64,000 nucleotides of DNA, taken from NCBI GenBank assembly GCA_047495785.1, contig JBLDXI010000036.1:1-64000 (forward strand), read 5' to 3'. This stretch comes from Lepidodermella squamata. Lineage: Eukaryota; Animalia; Gastrotricha. The notes beneath the pieces are model-generated. The model searched no databases, was not told the DNA's origin, and saw nothing but the letters and a program-made list of their open reading frames with translations. Shown piece after piece: positions 24,452-35,900 of this stretch. A program made the translations under genes and the position numbers. Each line of letters starts with the position of its first letter. Position 1 is the stretch's first letter.

Positions 24452-27038
24452 CTCAATTTTTTTCAAGCAAGCTTCGAAATCGCTGTAAACAAAGCCTTCG
24501 AAGGTTGGATGCTATCGCACAAAATTGAAACGACTATTCATGGAATTTCAAGTACCGTGGATCAAGCTACCGTATTGGCCGGGCAAGGCTTCGATTTCGG
24601 AACGCAAATAACGGGTGTCGAATCAGCTATACATCTCTTGTGTTGACCCTGTAAAATTGTCAAATGTTCAAGGACAATTGAAGTTCGAGGTTACTCTATT
24701 ACCTGGACCAGAGCTTGACAGGTGGCTTGATTATCAGATTTCGGATTCATTGCCGTTCCAATGGGTCCGAGCTAATCATAATCCAGGATAAGGGCTAAAA
24801 TCGAAAAATTTCAATTCAAGATCTCACGTCGTATTTGCCGGTTCCAGTAACGCAATTGTCGCTGCAGTTTCCACCGTTTTCCGCATCATAGCATAAATTA
24901 ATAGACCTGTAATATGTAATAAGCCTAAAATTTATGGGTCACCACCAAGCGTCACAGAAAGTAACCAAATTCCGATCGTATCCATGACTCCGCCTTGCTA
25001 CTTGATCGTGCCATACATACATACATACATAAAATGTTTGCAAAAAATATCTTTTTATGAATGGTTTTACGCATTTGTTGGAAACGCGTGCTACGATACC
25101 GCCTTCATAAAAATAATAAAAGCCACAAATTATATAGATCGCACGATCAAGTAGCAAGGCGGAGTCATGGATACGAGCCAACTGACCAATCAGCGTGCAG
25201 ATTTTTTTCAACTTACAACCTCAAACACAATGAAATATTTTGCAGCAATATTTTTGAAACATTCGGCCTTACTTTAGGCACTAAAAGTAAAATTTAGGCA
25301 CCTCAATCAGTTTGCGAAGTAGGATCTTGGAACTAAGGTATTTTCTAGCACCCACCCAAGGAAACCAAAAGTAGGACAGTGAAGTAGGAAGTAGGACTGC
25401 AGAAAAGTTGTCAGAAATGGCCTAAATCTAATCAAATCAAAGTCTCTGCCAGAACTGGTTGAGATAAGGATAATCAAGTCGGAATTTCAAAGCATAGCTA
25501 ACCCGTAAGTCGCTTGCGTTGCAAGACAGTTCGCGTAATTGCTCGTGAAGTCTGTTTTGTTAACGAAATTGCCAGACAAGCAGATTAGGGTAACAACAGA
25601 GTTTAGGCAAGCTTTAGGCAATATTTCTAACCTGCGTGAACGGAGAAGGGCATCGGCTACGGCAAACCATTTCGCTCGACGTCGAACACAACGCTGCTGG
25701 CTGTAATATAATAAAACTTGAATTCATGAAAATTAAGAACAGTCCAACTCACCCCAGCTAGGCAACGCGCTTTGTCAGCAAAACTTTCTGGACTGTATTC
25801 CTAAAATTCGGCAGTCATTAGAAGTCGTTTTGAGAATCTAACTTTATCACTCACGCTGGTCGTGAGAGCTGCGTCGCATTTGGTTGGCTGACAGCCAACA
25901 AAGGAGCGATCGCTTTTCGAAAAGCATCGCAGGTTTGTCGAAAAATCGCTAGTATTTCTAACGACTGGAGTGAAATAGCGCTTGATAGGATGATAAATGA
26001 AAATTAGGCTTCAAGCTCACTATTAGCCGCATTCATACAAGCCTGAGTGTCCACGTCCCAGTATCTCACCAAAGTCTGAAAAATATTGAAAATACGAGAA
26101 ACTATGCAATCATATTACAGGGTACAGGGGGTTACCCAGTTGTTAGGGCAGGTGTTAGTGAATGGGATGCAGATGGACTGCCCGTTGTTATCGCACTGTG
26201 TGGCCGGGAAGGTCTGTAAAAACAATGGAATTTTAATAGCCTGTTTACGGCTCGTAGACTAACCAAGAAATTTCGAATTTCCGCACGGCAGTTCTTGTAC
26301 ATCACGCCGAACAAGCTACCAATATATCTTTCAATCTGAAACAGAAATTGCAGGTTGAAATAACAAAAAAATTCTTTTTAAACTGGAATTAATTATTCTT
26401 CATAAAATATATTTTCATTGCAATTGAATTTAAAATATAAATATAACTATAGCATTCGTTTCAAAAATATAGTGTTAGTAGATGTGCTCATGCAATATTT
26501 TTTGATACAGCACTCGTAAATCGTTTATATCTGAACTCGCCGTACTCGATTTACTCATCTCCACTCGTCTTCGACTCGTTCCGATTCGTAAATCTCGGCC
26601 GGCTCCGTTCAGATATAGACTCTTTACTCGTGCTATATCAGACAAATATAAAAATTGAAACCTCAATTTCATCAGCGGTACAGCGAATACTGCCAGGCAA
26701 ACATCGCATGTTGATTGTTTTGTAATTAAAACAGCTTCGAGCCCACTGTGATGAAAAATTCGTTGAAAATCATGTTTCAAATAATCGAATGAAGCTCACG
26801 CCAGATCTGCATGCTGACAAGGTCGCAAAATTTCCCCCAAGCTGACGAAAAAGAATCTCATTAGAAACCGGGCATTACAAATCATTAGAATTGCCACCTG
26901 GTACTCTTGAAGAATTAAACATTTGGTTTTACAGCCATTGAATGCGTCGTTGAGCCGCGAGAAGCATCTCGCGTAAGTAGCAGCATTTACTGATTGAATC
27001 AGCCCGATGGCAAGGCAAATTGAAGCCAGTGTTTTCAT
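24452..27038 (-). pseudogene. Gene B: paralogue with 7 modules, no recognisable CTLD, exon-10 acceptor missing
   Basis: MKTLASICLAIGLIQSVNAATYARCFSRLNDAFNGCKTKC...; 14 exons colinear with gene C; no AG in front of the exon at ~25503-25575; no module-8/CTLD exon downstream. Possible extra Cys-containing exons at ~23730-24395 are unresolved. Confidence 0.7.
24976..25176. repeat. 36-bp perfect inverted repeat enclosing (CATA)n
   Basis: 24976-25011 is the reverse complement of 25141-25176; lies in a gene B intron. Confidence 0.8.
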
Positions 27039-28952
27039 TGAAGTAAAATTGTGATTTTTAATAGATAAATAACACGTTTAAACTGAATGAATGAACGTAA
27101 ATAAAACGTTTTTCCCAATTTCTGCTGCGAATTAGGTCGCGTGTTCACGGTTTGTTTACGGGTCGATGAATGCAAGCACGTGACTCGCCCTAGATTAAGG
27201 TGTCGGTTTCAAGATTCACGGACTAGGATTTAATAGAAAAGCTGTGATCTCGATTAACAATTGCTAGCCAAGTATATATAAATCGGGAGTGCGCACGCTA
27301 CATTCAAGGCTCCAGTACTCAGTATCGATCAAAGGAAGAGAAGGCCGAAATATCAAATTGATAATTCTGATTAGACTTACGAGATCAATTTCCCGTGGTT
27401 CAACTAATAGTTTATGAATGAAAAGAGCTTTAATATGCCTATTAGCGTCGAAAATCCAGCGAGGAAAATAGCACCAGGGACGCCGGGGACATGGAGGGTA
27501 GTACCAGGTAGTACCAGTCCCCGCCAGCCGCCAGGGACGCCAGGGAGCCCAGATGAAAGCGGCTAGGCCTAGGCTAGGTTTTGTAGACCTACCGTAGGCC
27601 TAAATTTGAAAGCTAGACCTAACCTAGGCCTAAATTTTTGAGCTAGGCCTAATCTAGGTCTAGATTTTTCTGGTCCTTATACGTTAGGTCTAAGTTAGGC
27701 CTAAAAAGACGCTAGGTCTAGTTTAGGCCTAGAAATTCACCTTCTTGACGATCATTTCTTTTGTCTTTCTCAGGAGGGGATTTTAAGTAAAAACAAACGA
27801 ACAAACAATTACCTGATAGCCAAAACGACTCCCCAGTCGAACGCCCGTTAGGTTAATAGTTATATAATGTTTAGATTATGGTTAGCTATTTCGGGACTAG
27901 TTACGTTCTCGTTAGCTAAACGTCACATATCATCTAAAAACGCCGCTGGAACAGGTTAGGCAACCGTTAGCTAGTCGCACGTTGCTTATTATTAACCTTT
28001 CAAACTATATTTCGACATTTCGACTCTTTGTGTCCCGATTAGCTCCTAAATACAGTTGTAAAATGTTCATTATCCCCTCAAGTTTCACTTCAAAATAGCA
28101 TGGCTAATCGATGCTTCAAGTGCGGAGTTCGCTGGACAACAACTCACATTATTTTACCAAAACGACCGCCTTGGCAAAAATTTAATTAATATCGACTCTT
28201 TAAAAACCGATTTTAAATGTAGAGGCAACTGATGCAGGTAATTACCGCATTAAAATAATGAATGATTTTACAGTGAAATTCACGATGGATAGGTAAAATA
28301 AGGATTTTTTTGGTTAATCAGGAAATATTTGAAAATAAAAAATCCTCCTTAAATAACAACTGGAAAACATGTTTGCTGAGAATTGTAGCGTCGACTTTCC
28401 TCTTTAATCAAGACACAAGTGTTTTAAATTGAAGAGCTTCTCGTTCTTGTACCTTCACTTCTCTAAACCTCCGAATTTCACTCAATTTACACCCGGCTCA
28501 ACGGAGGCAATCCTGATTGGAAAATGGGGCACACAAATTAATTTTTGCCATGTAAGTTGCATAGCAGGCAGAAATAATAACGGCCCCATCGTCTGGCTGT
28601 TTGAAAGCTGACCTGACCTCCCCGCATCTTTTCGTCGGCGGCTCACATTATTAGGGGGTAATAAAAACGAGCACGCGCGCACACTAGCCAGCCACGTCGA
28701 TTATTACTCGCTTTTTGCGTTTATCGTCGTCAATCATAACAACACTTGAACGTCGTTTTTAGCAAAGTTTTCTTTCATAACCAGACTTCTTCATCATATG
28801 GCTGATTTCTCTTATGATTTCTTCAACAATTTTCCGTAGAAATTATTTTACTGTGCTCACTGCTACTGGCGAATCTCATAATGGGCTTAGGTAATCGAAC
28901 TCAACACAAACTAAAATTCGTATTTCACTCATTTCATTCATCATTTTTGCAG

Positions 28953-31339
28953 GGAATTAGGCGTTTTTGGATGCGAGGGAAAATGAAAATGACGAAGAAT
29001 CCGAAGAATATGTTTGACCCTTCGGAGATGGCGACGAAGACACTGACCGGTCGCAAACCCGGTGACGGCGAGGCAGGGCGAGAAATTTGTGATGAATGGA
29101 AGCTGGACGAGGATGGTGTTCAGGCAATTCTCGGTAAGGCTTTTATTGGCAACAGCAGCAGCAAAGCTGCCGCAGTAGCGCCGGGGGGAACCTATAGGGA
29201 CAACAATAACGGTAGTTCTACTTTTTGCTTGAAAACCACTGGGTAGGGCCTGAGCCGAGCCTGCTGTAATCTCTAAGCATGCCACAATCTAAATTCTAAA
29301 TTCAAATTTGTTTGTCCATCAGTCACAAAAATAACAATCACACACAGTCACAGTCACAATCAGGATCCAAGGTTCACCTCTCCAAATCCTCACGCAACGC
29401 AGCACTTAGCGAACGGCGTAGAATGCGCCACAAGAAGAAAGGTACGCCTGGCAAACGACACTACTGCCCAGTCCTAAAAAGTAGACCCTGGCTTGATCTA
29501 AATTTAACACTGGTAAAGATCGTAAGGGCTCGTCCTTATCGTACCTTTTTACCATATACGTAGATCGTATTGTAAAATTTGGACCTGCGCACGATTGATG
29601 CCCATAGATCCTGTCTGTAGCCTGTAATAGGATCGACACTAGGTCATAAAAACAGTAATTTTGGAAGAATATTCCACGATCTAGAGAGCTCTAGGTCTTC
29701 TACAAGTGGGGTGGACCGGTGCTGCAGCGCCACCTCCGGCACCAGTTGATCGCAGAGCCTCGGATCGCGTTTCGTACTGCCCGAATGGAAGGAAGCTGCT
29801 GTGATACCCGAGTTAGGAGCTGTCTCGTCCCAGTGACCGATCTCGTTGTTACCCGTCGACGGAAAGCTGTTGGAGTCTATCGTGGCGCGTTGATTGGGCG
29901 AGTTTCTAGAGAGCTACCACGCCCTGCCCGGCAACCAGTATGCGTTCCGCGCGCCTGATGTCCCTGTACGCGTCGCCCACACCGTTCATCTTGCCCGCTC
30001 TAGACAAAGAAACCCGAAAAGTGATAGTTGTTGGTCTGGACGTCCAGGCGGCTTACCATCCCGTGTGGAGTGCTGGCCTGGCGTTCAAGCTTGCTAAACT
30101 GCAGCTTCCTCGAAACCTCGTTGGGTGGCTGACCGATTTCCTTCGCGATCGTAACTTGCAGGCTCGTGTTGCGGGCTTCCTTTGTCGGCAAGTTACCGTC
30201 AACTGCGGCGTAGTAGGCATATGTATTCCAGGATGGCGCGGCCTGTCCTTGTTAGGGCCACATGTCCTTGCGACGAAGTTGTATCTTGACCGTTGAGGCA
30301 AATGTGAAAAAGCCGAAGTCGACTACCACGAAGTTAGCGTTTCGTCGACAGAGCGAAAACTTCCGTCAGAAATAAGCCTCGGATTTGTTCCGAGCCCTAG
30401 ATTTATTATCTGCCTACACGTCCTGGGCCGTACCAAGGGTGCTGGGTAAACGGTGGAGAGCACTGGTGTAAATTATGTACAAAAGCGGTAACAAGCCGTG
30501 ACACCATTTGCTCTACTACTGATCTCTAACGTATGTACCGTAGTTCAGCGGTACGACTACGGTAAAGCACTACGATACGGTAGCACAGTAGGTTTCACTT
30601 AAAAACCAGAAACAGAAACTGTCTTGTTTGAAACCAGCATTCCGCAAAACTGACATTCCAAAAACCTAATACGTGAAAACTGTTCATGGGACACTTTCGA
30701 TCATCAACTCAGTGGATAACGTGCCTGTCTTCGTAAGATATGGTGATCAAGGATTGAGGGTTTAAAATTCATAACTCATCCCTTTATTCTACCTACATTA
30801 CCATACACTAGACGGCATTATGTACATTATGTTCACTACGCTAAAGCTACGGTGAGCAACGGTCGAGTGACGTAGATGTTGACGAACATAGGACTACCGC
30901 GATTTTTTGCATAAGCTACACAAAACACGAATATTCAGAAATTCGACCCGGCCTCAAAACAATGCATCAAAACAATGATAAATCGAACGAAATTTTCCTC
31001 GATGTTTTCAGGAAAAAAATATAGGAGAGTCACAGTATCGGCAACCACGCATTATGAGCAACCTGGACGAGAACGTGGGAGTGCGCGACAGGCGTGCGGG
31101 AACTGAGCGCACGGCCCGCATAGGTTTTTTTTCCGCACACACATACGCGAACGGCGACAGTATGGGGGTTCCCCCCGGCATTTCGATTTTCATTTTCCCA
31201 TGTGTTTCATATGGTGATTTTTTTGTATTTTTACCCAGCTCACGTGAAGTACGTGTTCCGCCTTCAGAAGGACGAAGACTTGGAGCCGGCGAAGAAGGCG
31301 ATGGCCGAACAGCTGGCCAAGGAACGCCGTCGATTGTAA
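28953..31339 (+). CDS. BEN-domain-like gene inside the CACTA element (exons 28953-29133 and 31239-31339 or further)
   Basis: Phase-1 splice gives MFDPSEMATKTLTGRKPG..KLDEDGVQAIL|AHVKYVFRLQKDEDLEPAKKAMAEQLAKERRRL*, matching the BEN pattern F..EE...S..G...LD...V.AI..YV...F...AI.......RR. Confidence 0.6.
29750..30212 (+). mobile_element. Non-LTR RT fragment within the BEN-gene intron
   Basis: NQYAFR, LDVQAAYHPVW..GLAFKL, WLTDFLRDR..ARV..VNCGV; frameshifted. Confidence 0.75.
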
Positions 31340-32259
31340 GCGCAAGAAAAGAAGGGCGACAAGGCCAAGAAGGGCGACAAGGCCAAGAAGAACGACAAGG
31401 ACGAGACGAGCAGTGACTCTGATTCAGCTCATGGGAGGAGTGAAGAGCTGCGAAGTCCCGCGGCTAAGTCGAGCCGAAGGAACTAAACAGACTTGGAGAT
31501 GACAATGAATATTTTGATGGCGAATTTTTTGATGATTTCGACTTCTGACCGATTTGTTTTCACACAGACTTCATATTTACTGCTCGATACTGCTCTTCGC
31601 TCAATACTTGATAATTACATCGCATACTTAACTCTTGTATACTCGAACATGACAGAATAAATACTTATATGAATGGCAGCTTCCAGTCTCTTTTCGATTT
31701 CCTATACTGAACAACAACCGGCGTTTTAGGCCTAGCTAGGGCATCGATACCTGAACCTAGGCCTAGCTTAGGCCTAGCTATTCAAAATAGGCCTAGCGTA
31801 GGCCTAAATGTCTAGGGTCCTCTTAGGCCTAAATGGGACACTAGTAGGCCTAGCCTAGGGTTTTTTTTGTAAAACCGATTTAGGCCTACGCTAGGCCTAG
31901 CCTCTTTCATCTGGGTGAAATCCCCGGTAGGTTGGCTGGCAGAGCGTAGTTGTATTGCAAAATGAGTGTGGCAAAGGCTATTATCAGCCTTATTCACGGC
32001 AAAATATGTTTAGCGAAGCTACGCTCGCTATGATCACAGCATATTGTATTCATCTAAAGGTGATTGGTTTCAAGTGCTTATTAGGTGAATTAAGGTCGAT
32101 TTAGTATTTATTTTTGAATTTGAATTTGTACGAGATTTTGGCCATTTTCAGGCCATTCTTGCGGCAGTAGGCGTACAAGCCTTTTTACAAGGGAAAATCT
32201 TACGCCGGTACCAAATTTCATTTAATTCAATACCTAACCATTTTATTCGTTTTTTAACT

Positions 32260-32326
32260 GGTTAGGGTTAGGGTTAGGGTTAGGGTTAGGGTTTGGTTAG
32301 GGTTAGGTTAGGGTTAGGTTAGGGTT
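32260..32326 (+). repeat. Interstitial (TTAGGG)n tract with TTAGG variants
   Basis: About 11 units read directly; a shorter (CCCTAA)n tract at ~52056-52080. Confidence 0.9.
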
Positions 32327-32949
32327 TTCAAATTGGGGATTTGGAACTGTTTGGAATAATTTGGTACTGAATTCAATAATTTGGTAATGATTTCACTATA
32401 TCCCTTTTTACAACCCCGTGAAAATCGTCAAAAATTCGACGATGAAAAAATAAATCTATTGTGTTTTCGAGGTTTGATTGTTGATTTTTGGAAGCCCTAT
32501 TTAATTTTTACACGAACCAGAAAAAATGTCAGTTTGAATTGGAACTTGTGCTCAAATAGCTCAAAACGGTCGGAAAATGCCAATTGAATCTACCTAATGG
32601 AATGAACTTGCGATTAGAATGTTTTACTTATAGATGGATTTTGGCCAAAGAGCCGAATTAGAAAAAAAGTTTTTTTTTCAGAGATCATGCATGTTATGTA
32701 GCCAGTTGTGATTTAATTTTAGGATTAGGCTAGTTGTAATGCGTAAAATCGAACTTTCAACCTTAAAAACAGACACATCAGATTTGATTTGTTGAACTGA
32801 ATTTTTATCGCCATTTTTTCCAGAGAGCAGCTCGCGTGCTCGATTTTATTGAAATAAACAAACTTCGAAAACACGCGATCAAGTGAAAAATGGATGAGTG
32901 TGTTGTTTTCATTCATTTGATAATTTTTCGTTCTACGTTTTTATTTACA

Positions 32950-35900
32950 ATGAAAACATTGAATTTTATTTGCGTTATCGTTGCACTGATTCAAGCAGCC
33001 GATGCTGCTGCGTACGTGCGATGCTTCTCGAGGACGAACGACGCATTCAATGGCTGCAAAACACAGTGTGCAACTCTCCAAGAGTATCAGGTTGGAAATG
33101 TTGTGGACTAGTTTTTCTCATCTTCTAATTTCCCATTTCCCATAGCTCGGAGCAACTTTTTCGACCTTGACAGCGTGCAGAACTGGTGTAAGTTCATTTT
33201 TTTATAATATCTCATTTGCGAGGCACATTTTTCCCGCAGTGGGCTCGAAGCTGTTTCAACTACAAAACAATCAACATGCGATGTTTGCCCGGCAAGATTA
33301 GCTGTTCAGCTGATGAAATTGAGGTTTATTAAACTAATTTTTCAACCTTCGGATTGGAATTTTATTTTATATGAACTTAATCTTTAAATTGAGGAATTAA
33401 ATAAAATTTAATCGAATAATTTCGAAAAAATACCATTATACTAAATTTTTCTAACGACAAACGAGAAAGAAATTATAGAAATTATAAAAGAGCCTCAGGG
33501 CGAAGCCTCTTAATAATAAGTCCATAATTTGTGTAATATTCTGATTTTTAGATTCAAAGATACATTGGCACTTTGTTTGGCGCTATGTACAGAACCTGCC
33601 GTGCGGAAATTACGAAATTTCTGGTCTGTCTGCTTTTTAAGCTACTTAGAACATTTGAATGGTGATTTTGGTTCGCAGACCTTCTCAGCTACTCAATGCA
33701 ATAACAACGGACAGTCCATCTGCATCCCATTCATTGGCAACTGTCCTAACAACTGGGTAAAATGTATAATTCACTTTCTAATTGTTGTGATATATTTTTC
33801 CGTTTTTTGTAGACCTTGGTAAGGTACTGGGACGTGGACACTCAGGCTTGTATGAACTCCGCCAATAGTGAGATCGAATGACGTTGGTTTCTTTAAATGG
33901 TCATTCCACTATTTCGTTTTTAGTCGTTCGAAATACGAGCGATTTTTCAACAAACTTGCGATGCTTTTCGAAAAGCGATCGCTCCTTTGTTGGCTGCCAG
34001 GCAACGCAATGCGACGCAGCTCTCATGACTAGGGTGAGTTATAAAGACACATTCTCGAAACTAATTAGGATTTATCAAAATTTCAGGACTATAGCCCGGA
34101 AAGTTTTGCGGATAAAGCGCGTTGTCTTGCTGGGGTGAGTCCAATGTCTCTAAATTTGCAATTTTATTACGTGTCGCCATTCCACAGCCAGCGGGTTTGT
34201 GTTCAACGTCAAGCGGAGTGGTTTGCCGTAGTCGATGCCCGTCTCCGTTTACGCTCGTAATATTTTTCCCGAAATTCCCTCCGTATCCTAAATTCTGCGA
34301 CCCATTCGTTTGTCGCTTAGGTTACAACTTTCTCTAATAACACCGACTTTATGAGCAATTACGTGGACTGTCTGGTGAAGCAAGCTACTTATGGGTGGGT
34401 CACCTGAAACCCCTTTGATTTGTTCACTTAGAGAAATTGTATTTGATGTGTATGAATTACAGGCCGATTGAACTATGCTACGATGCGTCGAGCGGTGGGA
34501 GCTGTAGCGACAGTTGCGATTCAGGCGCTGGAAAATACGATGTGAGACCTTGGAGATTTGTCTGAACTTTGACTCGAATTCCGTATTATTTTGCAGCTGG
34601 GACCAGTCGGCACGGCAGTACTTCCAAAATCCGCTAATCAAGTCACTTGCCAAGCTCTGGCTCAGGTAAAATAACAATGTCCGCCTCTCATTCCAACTCA
34701 TACTTTGCTTTCAATAGGGACAACACAAAAGATGCATGGACAGTTCGACCAGCGCCCTTGCCGTTTGTGTTCCGCAATCGAAGCCGTGCCCGGCCAATAC
34801 GGTAGGCTCAGCTGTTTCCATTCTTCAAATACACAATTTTTGTACGCGTCAGAATCAAAGCGTCGACGGTGCTGTCTACGACAGTTTTGCCGCTTGCTCA
34901 ACGATTAACTCTGCTGCCGAGTGAGTTGTATCATTGCTACGTGAATTAATTGCTCTCGATAATGGAAGAAAATTGTGTACCCACGAGTCCGAACACAATC
35001 ATTACTCGGCTATTCAGAAGTTCTTCAACAAACTTCCTGCTACTTGACCATGAAGCTTACCTGGGCTCATATTTTGACCATCAACAGTCCGAATCTCGAA
35101 TCCCGATTTAAACTGAGCGAGTGTGTAGTTTAGGTTCAGAGGAGAAGCTTATATGTAAATTAGGGCATCCTAAATCGGGGTCGCGGGGAATTATTCCGTG
35201 GGTCGCCGAGTCATATGGGGATCGCTTAGTAAATCCTGAAACGGCGATTATTTGGTTCAGTTTTGGTAAAATGTCACTAAAGCTCACATCCCACTTCATT
35301 CGACCGAAATCAGTCTGAAAATGCGGTAAACAACAATTTTTGTTTGGAAAAATTATGTTCATTCGGTGAATCTCGGAATTTTGAGCACGGAATTAGTCAA
35401 CATTGAAAAAATAAAAGCATGGATTGATTTAGTATACTACGCTAGGATTAAAGTAGTATTTTTCTTTTTCATGCAGGTACATCAGATGTGAAGCTTCGGG
35501 CGGATCCGTCAACTGTCGAACAGGCAGCTGCTTGCCGAGTGAAACCCGCAACCCAGCCGCGGTTTCGTTTTCATCCCTGCCCAAGTGCCAACAAGCGAAG
35601 AGGCAATTTTTCGTCTATGAAGGATCCGCCAGCTTGACCCGAGGCGAAGCGTCTGCGCTGTGCGTCGCAAACGGAGCCAAACTGGCGATGCTGAAGACCG
35701 ACGACGATTTCGGCATGCAGCAGATAGCTGGCGCGTTAAAAGCATCTCAGTCCAACACAGCCAACCGAGCGGATTTCACAGCTTGGGTTGGCTTGTCGAA
35801 ATACGCCAATGGATCGGTGTTTTGGGACGACGGAACACCTTACACTTTCAATGGGAATCACTGGAGTCCAAATGTTGCAGAAAATGGCAATGGTGAAAAT

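Larger units (their letters stand above)
27548..31915. mobile_element. CACTA/EnSpm-like element (4.4 kb)
   Basis: TIRs CCCAGATGAAAG(C/A)GGCTAGGCCTAG at both ends; arrays of TAGGCCTA palindromes in both subterminal regions; 2-bp flanks do not match (AG/TG). Confidence 0.85.
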
